Shown: positions 24,984-38,635 of the stretch, piece after piece
Layout: each line of letters starts with the position of its first letter
Numbering within the stretch: position 1 is the first letter of the stretch
Origin: Negaprion brevirostris
Taxonomy: Eukaryota
NCBI GenBank assembly: GCA_030324005.1
Contig: JARDVH010000110.1
Coordinates: forward strand, 51,552,773 to 51,616,772
Length of the DNA stretch: 64,000 nt
Reading direction: 5' to 3'
Translations under genes and position numbers: made by a program
Notes under the pieces: model-generated
Seen by the model: only the letters and a program-made list of their open reading frames with translations
The model's database searches: none
Told to the model about the DNA's origin: nothing

Positions 24984-27900
24984 AACATGATAATGTTGTG
25001 GTAACCAAATAACTTTGTATTTGTTATAAAACACACCTGATGTCATCTTAAGGTCACTCAAAGGTTCCGCTTCACCTGTAATCTGCAGAATTTTTATAAA
25101 GTAAAATTGATATTCATTCTTCTGACAGTTTCCATGCATTTTAAAAATATCAGTTTCAGATATTGTACCCCCCAGCCCGCCCTCATCCTCCCTGTAATAT
25201 CAAAGCCTGTGAATTTGTTGGTTAAAGTCAGGTATCTGTTAAAGAAATAATTTAGCATTTATTCAGGACTTTTCACAAACTCAGGGCATATTGCAATTAT
25301 GTACTTTTGAAATGTTGGATTGCTGTAGTATCATTTGGATAAATGACCAAATGATCTATTTTGGCGGATGTTGTCTGAAGGATAAGTATTGGTCAGGGAA
25401 ACAGGAGAATTCCATAGTTTTCTGTGCATGTGTCACAGGATCTTTTATATCCACTGAGAGGTTAGATTGAATCTCACTTTAACCCGTTATCCGAAGTATA
25501 TATCCCAGGATTATTGTATTCATATAACCTTAGTTCATTGGTGCTACGATAATTTTTGATACAAAAGGTTAAATGTCAACTCCAGGGTTTGAGCAATTAA
25601 TTGTTCAGTGCGGGAGAGCTGCATTGTTGGCAGAGTCTATTATATGAGCCACTAAGCTAAGGCCTCTGTCTGTCATTTTAGGTAGTTGTAAAAGATCTCC
25701 TGGCACAATTTGGGAACATTGGCCAATATTGATTCATGGAACAACACCATCAAAATGGATTAGATGGTCATTCATCTCATTAGAAGATCATTGTACACAA
25801 ACTGGCTGTGAATTTTATTGACACAACAGTGGACTACACTTTAAAAGAATTCCTGGAAACAGTTTGTGAAATATTTACAAGGAAAACCATTACAAAAAAT
25901 GTGTTCCTTTAAGAGATTCAACTTGTCCTTTATTTTACTCAACAGACATGAAAAGCTAGGCACCATGAAATGCCTCAGTTACTGTTTAAATAACAACAGT
26001 CTGAACTCCATTTACTGATTAACTGCTGTTACTGCACCCTGATATTTTTGGCAGTAACATTATTGACTCAAAGGTTGCAACCAATTTAACCTCTCTTTTT
26101 ATTAAAAGAAAACATCCCCAAGAAACCAAAATAAGACAGGAGCATTTTAGCTAGATCCTTTTGCACAAAGCAGGATTTGTTTCAAGTGGGCTTCACTGCG
26201 GTTTGAAGCGAGGTGCGTTAATATTCAATCAATTTGGTCATACAGCAAGTTGAATCTCCCGAAATGTAGAAAAATACAAAAGCTAGTTGTGTTATCATAA
26301 TCTATGACCTCTGTTTGAGTCACCAACAGATTCATTACACAGACTGCAGAGTTGTCCTTCTCAGTGCAGCTTCTCCATTCTGTGGTTTTATTACTTAAAC
26401 ATTCTCAGCAGGTGGAATAACAAATTCAGGAGTAGAGGCAAATGAAAGCATTTCCTAAAGTCCTCTGCTATGGAAATGGGGCCCAAGTCTTCATAAATTT
26501 GATTTCCAAATGCAAAACGTATGCATATATGGTGAGCTGACTGATTTTGAATTGCATAATAATGTAGATATTGGCACAATAATTGAAATCAGAAATGCTG
26601 GAAGCATGTAGAAAGCTTGATACATTCTGTGGAGAGCAACAAGTCAACCTTTTGAATATGCTGTTTGTTAGAAGAGTTTGCGATGAAGGGCAATGCAAGA
26701 AAATGTTGACTTGGCAACTCTGGTTAGATGGATAATCCTGGTGATTTCATCAAATAACATCTTCAGAGTTCCCATTCAATCAAACAGCCTGTTTCCTCCA
26801 ACCTCAATATTTAGAAATAAAAAAAAACACATTTTTGTTTAATGTCACAGTATTGCTGGAAGTAGTGTCCAGGAGATTAATCTCAAATTCATGGAGATTC
26901 TCAGATAATCCTGAAGGGATTGGCAACAGTAGAATTACAGGAAAAGGTGGGTTTTAGGAGATAGCGGGATTAAGGGGACAGCCATAAATATGTGAACTGA
27001 ACCCCATGACTGGTTTGAGGTCTATTTTTGCTCTAGGCTGATATCGAGTTCTTCTTTCAACATAAAGTTAATTCTGTTAAATTGTTACGCTTCTTCAGCC
27101 ACCACAAAACTGCACAGTAATTAACTTTTACAGAACTTAAAATCTTAGGTTGTAGCATTTAGTTCAACTCAGTGAGTGACGGGAATCCAGACCGTAAGCC
27201 TCACCCACTGGTTACACTCTGGTACAACAGTTGTCGCTTCTCTTTTAGAGTGCACTTCAGTTTGAAAAGTTTAAGTAGAGGGAATATAAACAAAAAGGAT
27301 AAAGAATTCCAGTAAAAGAAAAGAAATGTCAAGCTCAAGAACTGGAGGGAGAAAACAGAGTTTGTTTTATTTTAGCTTTAGTGTTCTGTTTATAACTCAC
27401 AGGATTAAGGTTGCAAATTATGTTTATTTAACTTTTACTCACAGAACAATGATTCACAATAATAATTTACAACCCCTTGTAAATGCAAAGTATAACCATA
27501 AGAATTGGTCCAAAACCTGTTGACGTTGAGTGTTTGTTTTTGCCTTTCGAGTTTTTGTTTTGTTATAAATTATAACCGAATCAGAAATTATCCCAAGTTT
27601 CATTCTGCTATTTTGAGTGAAAAGAAACAAATAATTATAACTCTTTGTGCTTACCAACTTTGGATTTTAGTCCGAAAAACACCAGCAGTAATTAATTTGG
27701 TACACTTCCCTTTCCCAACACCAAATTACACGATTAAACTAGAGCCTGTATTACAGCATGAGGAAGCAGTCACGTGGGGCAAAGTCAATGTAAGTTAGAG
27801 AAACAATATTGGTGAACAGAATCAGGGTAGGGTGTTTTGTCAAGAATTGCTATGCAGGTATATGGGAAGGGAACGTTGACGTAAATTTCACAAATGGCCC

Positions 27901-29459
27901 GAAGCATTCTTGGATAATTAGGTCTGCTTAAATTCTTCTCTGTTTTTGCTAAAATACAATAACACGTACCACAGCTGTAGCAACTGGAAAAATAGAACAA
28001 TATGAAATTAGACATACCTGGAGGAAATTATAAAGTACTCACTTTTTAAAGAATTGAAATCATGAACAGTAAGAGCTTGGCCTAAATAGTCTTTGACATT
28101 CTTGAAGATCCTAACAGGTTATATCCGCTATTTAGCCCCTCAAACTTGTTCCTCTATTCGTTGAGAAAGGAGCTGATCTGAAAATCCACTCTTACACCAT
28201 ATCCTTTAATGCCATTGACTTAAAGAAAAGCTCTCAAATTCAGTTTTTAAATTGTTACAATTATGAGCTATAAAAGGCTGTTATAGTCTGGAAGTGTCAG
28301 TGGAATCGTCTACTCTAAGGGCCATAATCTGCTCCAGGCCTCCATCCAAGCGAGTTCTGACATGTGCATGCCACATATTTCCAGACATGTTTTGGATCAG
28401 CGTCAAATTCCACTGATGGCTGAGGTGAATTTGGTGGGGTTGTGGGTAGCGAGACAATTCAAATTGTGTGGTCATTTGAATCCTGACAATGGGATGCAAA
28501 ATATTTTCCTCACGGCTTCTGGTGGGAATGGCAACCCACCATGATGGTTGGGACTGCAATTTCCTGCCATCAGGAAGCCCTTTTTTTTTAGCTCATTCAA
28601 TATTGACCATGCCTCCCCCCACCCGCTCCCTTCAGCCATGCACCCTGACACTGGTGGGAAGGGACAATTATGCCCTTTCAAGGTAAAATGAAGGAGGTCA
28701 CTTGACCTGTTCTGAAGCCTACTAAATGAATGGCATGGCCACCACAAATTAAAGCTGGGGGGGTGGCCTAAGTTGTTTTGCTGGAAAGAAGCACAATGTG
28801 TTCACACTTGTACACAATTACAGCAGCATTTGTGTTTACAGTGGTTAGACCACTTGTATCCAAAGTCCCAGGAAGGAGTTGAGAATGTTGGGTTGTAAAA
28901 CAGTTGTGTGTTAAACTATCCAATTACTTCCAAGTGGGAAAAAAAGAGTTCTCGTCTCAAGGACAGCTAATCAGCTTTTCTATCTGGATCCAAGGCCCAT
29001 ATAATTCACATTGCCACGGAAATAGGCTTTGAGAGAAAAAGGTTTCTAAGCTATCCATAAAAATCACAGACATAGTCAGATTGCCAGAATTTTGGAGAGA
29101 AAGCAATTGTAAGCTGAAAGTCTCTGTAGCTCACTTGGCAGGAATGTAGGCTAATGACCATGTTTGAATTAAATAGCCTAAATTTGTGAGGAGTTAAAAT
29201 GAAGCTGGAAGATTTGACTAGCTTGCACTAGGCAGAGAATCTCAAAGAAAACTCTCACAGTGAAGGACAGTTCTGGGGTGGCTAGATACCAGGCTGCATA
29301 AGTTGCCAGGTAAAAATAATGTTTAGTTAATAATGCTCTTAGTCTGTGCTTTACAGTAAAACTATTAAAATATCATGTTGTGTCATTTTTTTTGCTATCA
29401 ATTGGATGTTCAAATTTCTTTATTTTGATATTATCAGTCTCTATGGGGATTGTAACAAT

Positions 29460-30030
29460 ATGAGCATTTGATTTTGCACCAATTGCCATTTGCAGTCAGG
29501 AGTTTCAAATCTCTCTCAAACTCTGCATGATGTGTTTCCTAATTTCACTCCTGTGAAGTATGCTTCTAATTATGTCTCCAGTCCTACAATTTCTATCTAG
29601 CGGAAGTAGGTTCTCCCAATTTACCCATCTGTTCCCTTCAGTAACTTAAAAACTTAATCTCTCCTTAACTTAGGAATCATTCTAGTGAACCTACACTGCG
29701 TATCCTCCCAGGTAAATCTCCTTCCTGAGGTGCAGTACCCAGAACTGTTCAAAGTATCTATGTGCAAACTTACCACAGCTTTGTATGGCTGAAACAAGAT
29801 TTCTATCTCCTTGTTTGCTGGTCCTTTAGATATAAAGGTCAGCCCATCAGTATTTTTAATTATTTTCTGAGCCTGCTGATGACATTTTAATGATCTAAGT
29901 ACCTGGGCCCCCAAGTCGCTTCAGACCTTGACTGTTTCTAGTTTTTCACCATTTAGAAAAGTAACCAGTTTGAACCTTTTAAATTACAACTTGGGTGACT
30001 TTACATTTAGCCACATTGAAACCCCATAAC
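29460..30030 (-). mobile_element. CR1 LINE fragment
   Basis: LGAQVLRSLK..QAQKIIK, YKAVVSLH, QCRFTRMIPKLR are CR1 ORF2 C-terminal motifs. Confidence 0.7.
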
Positions 30031-32012
30031 AGCACCCAGACCATCCCTGGAGATTTTTATTTTACAGAAGAATATTATGTAGTTCAGTGCAGTCTCATTT
30101 AATATTTGGAAAATTCCATTATACCCAAGATACTTGTAATCACTCCCATTATGTTATCCTTTTATCAAAATATAGAGCACAATTTTACACTCCCCCACCG
30201 GTGGCTTTGCAGGCCGGGGGATTGGGATGTAAAACTCCTCAGATGGCCTTCCCAGCGGCTTCTTCAACTCTGAACTCTACATGGGATAGATGAGGCCTAG
30301 ACTGGGCCTGCACTTGCCCCAGTTAAGGCCCTTAGTGGTCAACTAATGACCACCTCTGTGCCATTTTCAGGCTGGCAAGAGGTGTAGAGTGGCAGGAAAG
30401 AAGTCCAGGCTTCCCGTAGGACACGAGTGTGACACCTTCACTAATAGCCTCCTTTCAACATCAGGCACCACCTCACCCCCTCAAAAAGGTCTGTCCCTTG
30501 CAAATGCTCCCTCACCCATTGCCTCTCCACCCACAGCCCCATACACCCCCTTCTAACCCTGCCCTCTGGTCACCTGTGGGTACTTAGGTAACACTCTTAC
30601 CTCCAATTTGGAAAAAAATGTGTGTTTGTCTCCAGTTTGCCTCTAGGTTGATGATTCAGTGTGGTACCGAAGGGGCGCTACACTATCAGAGATGCTGACC
30701 TTCAGGTGAAATTCACTTGAGGCCTTTTCAGTTTTTTCAAGTACTATACTATAAGGAATCCCATGGCACTGCACAAGCCAGCCCACAAGCGACCCAAGAG
30801 TGAAATATTATTTAGAGGTGCTTACATAATACACTTCTGAGGTTTGATATGAAGGCAAATTATTGGTCAAAGTACGTTCAGGATATCTAAGCTGCAATAT
30901 GCTGAACTAGAACTGCTCATTGGTGCTATTATGTGCCTGTAGTGCTAATGTCTCTAGTTCCTTCTGTGTTAACATCCCCATCCCTTAATGAATACAACAG
31001 CAAAATATCAAAGTTAGTCAAAACTGGGATATAGCAACTGCAGCTTTTTGCTAGCTTGAAAAATGAGCATCATTTAAACATTCCAGTAAAATTTATCTGG
31101 TGTAACAATAAACCAATGTCCCACCCTTCTTATCTATGGAGTCCTGTATTACAGTGACTGGTTTTACAATCCACACCTTTGTTTACCTCACTGCTAATAG
31201 TGGTTCTTTTTATCTCAGTATATAGTAATGTTCCCGAGTTACCTAATCAAGGACACACCTTTCCAAGTCTTGTAATACCTAAAACAATCTCTCATAGCAT
31301 TCACTTTGAACTTTGGGCAGCCTGAAGTAATGAGGTGGCTGCGTTCATACCCGTAGCAGAGTTCAAAAGTTAAATTCCAATCCAGCTTTCTGTGAAGCCT
31401 CCTAAAATTGAAACACTTGGTTCATCATACTATCACAATTTAATATTTTGATCGTTGATCATTTAACCATCGGTTAAATGGTTAAAAACTCACCGTATAA
31501 GAATAAGATTAAACAGATCAAAAACCACATCATACAAGCTTGTATTGGTTCTCTCTACTACACACTAACAAAATGAAAGCATTTGTTGTGTTATCTGATA
31601 GAATTGGACATCTTAGAAGCTTAAAATACAAGATTTCATTGTGTAGAATTCAGTGATCTGAATCCCTTTATCCCATTGTCAAACACTCACACTATAATGG
31701 AGATCACATTATCTGTAATCTCTATCACACAATAATACATTAGATTGTTCAGATGACATCATAAACTATAAAAGACCGAGTTGATACAAGCAGTCTAACA
31801 GAACTATAGGATATAACAACTAACAATTTCCACAGTTTTCTCTTAAATTCCTCAATAATTTATTCTTTTTAGAAATAGCCCAGAATATTTTGCAGAGTAT
31901 TAATCCAATAGCTAAAACAATCTGAAACTCAATATTCTTTAAAGTCCTTAGGAAGATCACCTTCTTGGAATTACAAGACAGTGTTTTGCTAAGTTGAATT
32001 TCTTATACTTAC

Positions 32013-32108
32013 AAGGTCTGGAGTTCTTCTGGTCTCACTGAAAATCAAAGGGCAGTGGGTGGATAGCTTGTTTGTCACTCCACACAATTTTTTGCTCATT
32101 GATGCCAT
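32013..32108 (-). CDS. First coding exon of a divergent SORBS (SoHo)-like gene: MASMSKKLCGVTNKLSTHCPLIFSETRRTPDL
   Basis: caaATGG start with an in-frame upstream TAG. Candidate acceptors are ttgttccag|32162 and ttttgttcag|32190. Donor CTT|GTAAGT is phase 0, matching the next exon. Confidence 0.6.
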
Positions 32109-33519
32109 TTGAAGGAGAGTATAAAATGGGTGGCCAGTCTAATGACACACAACTACAGCATCCTGGAACAATTAAAATCAGCCCCAATATCTGAACAAAA
32201 GCTGTTATTTCTGTTGAAAATCATTGAGTACTTATTATGGGTTACAATTCTGCACGGTCATATAAACTGAAGGTTAAAAGAATAGCTGGTCATTATCTGA
32301 AAGTTTGGAAGCTTTCCAGTGAGAAAATATATTTAAATTGGGAGCTGGTCAACTGTTGAATGTGATGCTTAAATGTAACCTCAAATGTAACCCCTAACTT
32401 GTGGTAGAGGGAATGTTGTTGGTTGTGATTTTCATGCGTGTCCATTATTTTAAAGTAGCTGTCATGTTTACAAAGCTAAAAATAGAGTTAAGTTTTATTT
32501 CTATTCTCTAAAAATGCTTGTTACTGATTTTTAGAAAGTTGTTAGTCTTGGCAATTAATAAACTACTTTCAGCCATTATGTTGGGAAATCTATAGTTCCA
32601 GGTTTTCAGCGGCTAGAGGCCTGAACTAATGAACAAAGAACAAAGAACAGCAACTGGAATAGGCCACTCAGCCCACCAAACCGGAGCTGACACATGACAC
32701 CTTGCTAAGCTAAAGACATTTTGCCACTATGCAGTCTGTATCCCTCTGTTCCCTGCCCATTCATGTATCTGCCTAGTTGCCTCCTGAATGTTGCCATTGT
32801 GTCTGCTGCTACCATCTCCTCTGCTAGACGCAATTATTTTAACTGCTGGGACTCCTTCCCGCCTCTGGTCAGCTACCTATACCAAATGGGTAGTGAGTGA
32901 TCGCTGGCCAGCAGGCAGCAACAGGATTTCAGCTGGCACAATGCCATTCATGGAATTATACTAATAGTGACCTTCATCTTCAGCTCCGTGGTCAGCATTT
33001 CCAAGACCTGATGAACCAATGGGACTTGGAGCTGAAGGCAAAGGCCCCCATCCACCTGCACAAATAGCTAAAACTCAAAGGGCTCAAAAACCCGGAGAAG
33101 CAACAGAGACAGAGACAGAGAGAGGTAGAAGCTGGTATATGTTATTCTAAAAATCACAACATTGAAACTGTGGCAATAACTTGGATCTATATTTATGTTG
33201 AGCTAATGTCTCGATATGAGATTAGCATTATGCTGGAACTTCTGTCCTGCACTTTGGCTTTCTCCTCTTTTTTGATCATGATACCACTTTTTTCTCATAC
33301 TTCCTTTTTCTATCTGACATAACAGCACTCAAAATATTAACACAAGAGCAAAATACTGCCGNNNNNNNNNNNNNNNNNNNNNNNNNNNNNNNNNNNNNNN
33401 NNNNNNNNNNNNNNNNNNNNNNNNNNNNNNNNNNNNNNNNNNNNNNNNNNNNNNNNNNNNNATACTGCCGCTGTAAATCTGACATAAGAAGAAAAAAAAG
33501 ATAATCTTTCTGTGGTGAG

Positions 33520-33840
33520 AAACGTAGGCATAGATACAAAAACTAGAAGCGGGAGCAGGGCATTCGGCCCTTCAAGCTTGCTCTGCCATTTGTTTTGATC
33601 ATGGCTGATCATTGAATTCAATATCCTGATCCTCCTTTCCCCTCATATCCCTTGATCCCGTTAGCACAAGAGCTGTATCTAATTTCTTCTTGAAATTAGA
33701 CATAGGTTTTAGCCTCAACTACTTTTTGTGGTAGTGAATTCTACACATTCACCACCCTCTGGGTGAAGAAATTTCTCCTCACCTTGGTTTGAAAAGGTTT
33801 ACTGCTTATTCTCAAATTATGATGCCCTTGTTCTGGAAAA
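33520..33840 (-). mobile_element. CR1 LINE 3' end
   Basis: Same 3' UTR and RRNFFTQRVVNV motif. Further copies lie at about 10650-11120, 48190-48440, 53585-53950 and 60910-61150. Confidence 0.75.
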
Positions 33841-36009
33841 CAGACAACCATTTCAAAATATTAAATCTCATATGATCTGAATAAATTATTTGTGAACTGT
33901 GTTTTTAAGGAAACCAATGTTCCCTTTGTACAGTTTACATTTCTTTTGTATTATTCACATCTTTCCAAGTCAATGGCCCAGCTTTTGCGATAGCTGGAAC
34001 TGAAGCTATCTGTGCTCAACATTATTATGGTGGAAATTGGCATCCACACATGCACAGTCAAACATGGAAATCCACATTTCCTCATTCTTTCTGGAATTCC
34101 CATCAATGTCCTTGTTCTCTCTGATGGCAAACACAGGCTGAAAAATGTCTTTTGCTCGAGGGCAGTTCAGAGAAAGTAGGAGATGTCCCTCAAAATTCTT
34201 TCATAGTATAGAGATGTGCCACGAAATTAAAAGTTTGGAGCCATTGAAGACTGTGTCAGAANNNNNNNNNNNNNNNNNNNNNNNNNNNNNNNNNNNNNNN
34301 NNNNNNNNNNNNNNNNNNNNNNNNNNNNNNNNNNNNNNNNNNNNNNNNNNNNNNNNNNNNNNNNNNNNNNNNNNNNNNNNNNNNNNNNNNNNNNNNNNNN
34401 NNNNNNNNNNNNNNNNNNNNNNNNNNNNNNNNNNNNNNNNNNNNNNNNNNNNNNNNNNNNNNNNNNNNNNNNNNNNNNNNNNNNNNNNNNNNNNNNNNNN
34501 NNNNNNNNNNNNNNNNNNNNNNNNNNNNNNNNNNNNNNNNNNNNNNNNNNNNNNNNNGAGAGGACCTGGGTAAGATCCTCTGTCAGTGAGTTGGTGCCGA
34601 CTCAATGGGCCGAGTGGCCTCCTCCTGCACTGTTAATGTTTTACAATTCTATGCATTGCTATTTTTAACACAAACTTCATAAACCTCCTGTGATATGTAT
34701 ACCTATAATCTCATTCTTACAGGGTACAAAACGTGCCAAGACAAGTCTAGTTGATGTGACAAGATAAGCTATGGACCAGCAACTACCAGGTTCACTACAA
34801 ATTGCCATAAGGTATCAACTATTATATAACTATATTTAGTTAGAGTTTTTGTATCTGTGTGCCTATAAGATTGAATTATGGATTATAGATTCTCTTCAGT
34901 GTTGCTAACCTCACCACGTAAATCAAAGTGATTCCACAATCATGAGCAATCCAAGCACACATGGCTTCTCTACTCTGCTGGTATAGGTTGACCCTCAATG
35001 GCATGACCCGGAATTAAATCAAGTACGCAACTTCAATTAACAAATTATTAAGAACTGACATACAATGAAATGAAAAGTGAAAGTTAAAGGAGAACATGAA
35101 GATCAGTACAAGGAGTATAAAAGCCAAAAAAATGAAAGTCGGGGACTCAGTAAATCTGCAACAAACACAAAAAGAGGTGTACAGAAAAGCCTGAAATACA
35201 CAGAGCAAGTTATGGAAAAAAAGGAGAACACTAATGGATAGATATTCTTAGCTTAAAAACATTTTACAAGTGTCTCTCTTTAAACATGATTAAATTTGTC
35301 CATCGAGGTGTTCATTGTCTTTCAATTATTTACTTCAAGCCTAATTCTGGGCTTGATTTTTGCAGAGTTGGGCTGACATTAGAGATCTTTAAAAATAGCA
35401 GACAGGCCTCAGATCAGCAGGGTAAATATGAGGGGTTACGAGAATAGGGCCTGGGTGGGATTGTGGTCGGTGCAGACTAGCTGGGCTGAATGGCCTCCTT
35501 CTGTACTGTAGCGATTCTATGATTCTATAAAAACCAAATTCAGCAGAGTCATTTGAGATTAGAGTTGAGTTCTATCTGGCTCGATTTTTGTTACTTCTGG
35601 GCTTTAACCCACAGTGCGGGTGTCACATGTCGCTGGAGCAAACAGAAACATTCTTGGAGAGTGGATGAGATCTGTTTAAATATCAGAATCTGAGGGATTT
35701 TAAATTATCAAAATTGAAAAACAAAGGTTAAACTATCAGAGTTAAAAACATAATCTGCTGGACTGCTCTGATTGATAGACCTTCTGATTTATGTCAGAAA
35801 AAAACCATGACACAGTCTGTTCCACAATTTTAATGGACATTTCCCAAGGGTTATTGTTATGTCATTAAGAATGTTTTAAAAGCCAAAATTATCTTTGCAC
35901 AGGATTCTAAGTTTGATTGACACTTTGAAAAAAGGCCATTAAAGAATTAGCTGTATTTGGTTTGGGTACTGAATAGTAGCTTGTTCATTCTTATAACACT
36001 TTGAACATC

Positions 36010-36230
36010 TTAATCAAAGACCCCATGCACCCTGAACATAATCCCTTCCACCTTTTCCGTTGGTAAAAAGATAAAGAAGTCTGAGAACATATATTAACCA
36101 ACCCGAGAACATCTTGTTCCTTGCTGCCATCAGACTTTCAACTGGTTTTGTCACATATTAAACTAATCTTTCTCTTCGCCCTATCAGTAACTGCAACACC
36201 ACGTCTGTACCTTATCTTTACTTCTGTCCT
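36010..36230 (+). mobile_element. Rex1/Babar-type LINE 3' relic
   Basis: IKDPMHPEHNPFHL/GKR*RSLRT..ENILFLAAIRL resembles the Rex1 C-terminus DPTHPGH.LF.LLPSG.RYRS. Confidence 0.6.
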
Positions 36231-36989
36231 ATGTACTCCATGAACAGTAGCCATGGGTGGGGGTGGGGGTGGGATTGGAAGGGTTGAGAATGTATGGAGT
36301 GCATGGGGTCATGAATTGGCGTAGAGGAGTCATGGTATGTGAGGGGTAAGAGGAGAGGGATAAACAGCATCCAATACAACTAAGACCAGTTCCTGAGAAC
36401 CAACACAGGATTTTAACTAACCTCGCATGCCCCTGTGGACACCTATGATCCATTTCTAGGATTGAAAAGCCAGACTCAATCCCTGCCCGCCTCCCTGCAG
36501 TGAAAATTGGGTCTGGTGAGGCCCTTAAATTCCAGGTAGGTCTGCCAAATTGGGACTTTTCCTGATTCGAGCTACTTGTCTGAGTAGCGAAAATCTGATC
36601 CTCTGTCTCAAAAGCCATTTAGCATAATTATGTCCTTATAAAAAAAAGCCTTGGACTTATTCTTAGCATAGTTTTAGTAAATCTGTGTGAAATTATGACA
36701 CTTGGACTTACTGAGTTGGAATGCATCTATTATTTTTAATGACTTTTCTTATTTGAAGAAGTACTTTTTTTAAATCAATTATTGCTGTGACCTTTAAATG
36801 CTGTCTTCCCATGCAAGTCATGATGTGGAGATGCCGGTGTTGGTCTGGGCTAGATACCGTAAGAAATCTCACAACACCAGATTAACTTGATAGTTGGACT
36901 TTAACCTGGTGTCATGAGACTTCTTACTGTGTTTTCCCGTGTAAGCACAGCAGATGCATGACCTCCATTTTACTCCCTTGCTTCCAACC

Positions 36990-37130
36990 AGTCAGGGCCA
37001 AAAACTTCTTCCTCAGTGAAATATTGATACACACCCCTGTGTATCTGTGTCCTTGGCAGTGTTCCAGTGAAGTTCAGCACAAACTTGAAGGACAACATTC
37101 CATTTTCCAACTAGGAATGTATAACTGCTG
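36990..37130 (+). mobile_element. Penelope GIY-YIG C-terminal relic (different family)
   Basis: QCSSEVQHKLEGQHSIFQLG resembles the PLE endonuclease end RKLEEQHLIFRLG. Confidence 0.5.
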
Positions 37131-37254
37131 TAATGCATGGATTTATTCATTAAATATTTGCCAAATCCTGTCTACCATCATGCCTTTTAATGAAGTTCTC
37201 CAATCTGTCTTAGCCAACTTCATGGGAATGGAAGTTCTCAGGATGACGTTAAAA

Positions 37255-38092
37255 GGTTTCAAGCTGATTTAGACAAGTGGAGAAATACATGGCAGATGCA
37301 GTATAATGTGGATTAATGTGAAATTATACATTTTGGGGCAGAGGAATAGAATGGTGGCGTATTATATAAATAGTGAGATTGGGAAATGTAGATGTACAAA
37401 GGGACTTGGGCTTCCTTGTACATCAATCAATGAAAGCACGCATGCAGCTGCACCAAGCAGTTAGGAAGACAAATAGTACATTAGTCTTCACTGCAAGAGG
37501 AACTGAATTCAGGAACAAAGGTGTCTTACTGCCATTGTACAGTGCCTTGCTGAGAGTACATCTGGATATTGTGTTCAGTTTTGGTCTCCTTAGCGAAGAA
37601 AGGATATAGGTACCATGGAGGTAGTGCAGCAAAGGTTCACCAGACTGACCCCTGGGATGACTGATGAGGAGAGGTTGGGTAGGTCTGTATTCATTGGAGT
37701 TTAGAAGAACGAGAAGGGATCTCATTGAAACTTATAAAATTCTGACGTTGGACAGACAGGATGCAGGGATGATGTTTCCTCAGGCTGGCATATCTAGAAA
37801 AGGAGACACAATATCAGGGTATGGGGCAAGCCATTTAGGAATGAGATGAAGAGAAATTTCTTCACTCATGGGTGGCGAACCTATGGAATTTTTACCACAG
37901 AAGGCAGTGGAGGCTAATTAACAGAATATATTTAAGAGGGAAAGAGATTGATTTCTAGGCTCAAAAGACAATAATGGATTGGGGAAAGCATTGGAGCTCA
38001 ATGTTGGGAAAGAGAATCAGCCATGATCTTATTGAATGATGGAGTGGGTTTGAACTGTTAAATGATCTGCTCTTGCTCCTATTTTCTATGTA
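37255..38092 (+). mobile_element. CR1 LINE, RT C-terminus and 3' UTR
   Basis: VQRDLGFLVHQSMK, LYSALLRVHLD, GLYSLEFRRTRRDLIETYKIL, RNFFT; CR1-type tail. Confidence 0.85.
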
Positions 38093-38429
38093 AAGGTAAA
38101 GGGAAGAACAATTTTACATAATGACGGAAGATTATTAGTAGAGCTCATGGTCTGGTACATTTATCCATGTTAGAAATTTCATATGTTAATAGAAAGAACT
38201 CAGTTCTTTGCAGACAGAGTATGTACACACATTGTACCTGTTTCAACTAAAGAAAATGGGTGAAGACTATCCTTTTGTTCATTCCCCAGAGTAATGCCTT
38301 GACAACTCAGCGTCTCTGGCCAGAATTTTACCAGCGTGCCTGCCCTAGTTCCAGGAGTAAGCAAAGCTCAGAGAATGGCATTCTCCATTGGCCTTGGGTG
38401 GGATCCTCCGAACCTCAGGCAGACGTGCC

Positions 38430-38635
38430 TGGTTTTGCATTCAATCAAACTGACTGGTGCATACTCTATGGCAATGCCTCTTCCAATCAGAGATACTTGC
38501 CATCCAATCAGCATTCATCCCCATGGTGTATAAATTGTTGTTTAATTTACTTCTGCGAATGTCCTGATGAGTGTCAGATGCAAAGCTTTGACAAGTCTTT
38601 TTTCAGCAACGCTCAAGTCTTCTACTACCAAATTA
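38430..38635 (+). mobile_element. Penelope-like terminal fragment
   Basis: CCAATCAG motifs, tataaattgttg, then GTCCTGATGAGTGTCAGATGCAAAGCTTTGAC; same layout as the 53340-53490 tail. Confidence 0.6.

Noticed and set aside
31460-31481. 9-bp inverted repeat catttaacc/ggttaaatg
   Set aside because: Too short to exceed chance in 64 kb.
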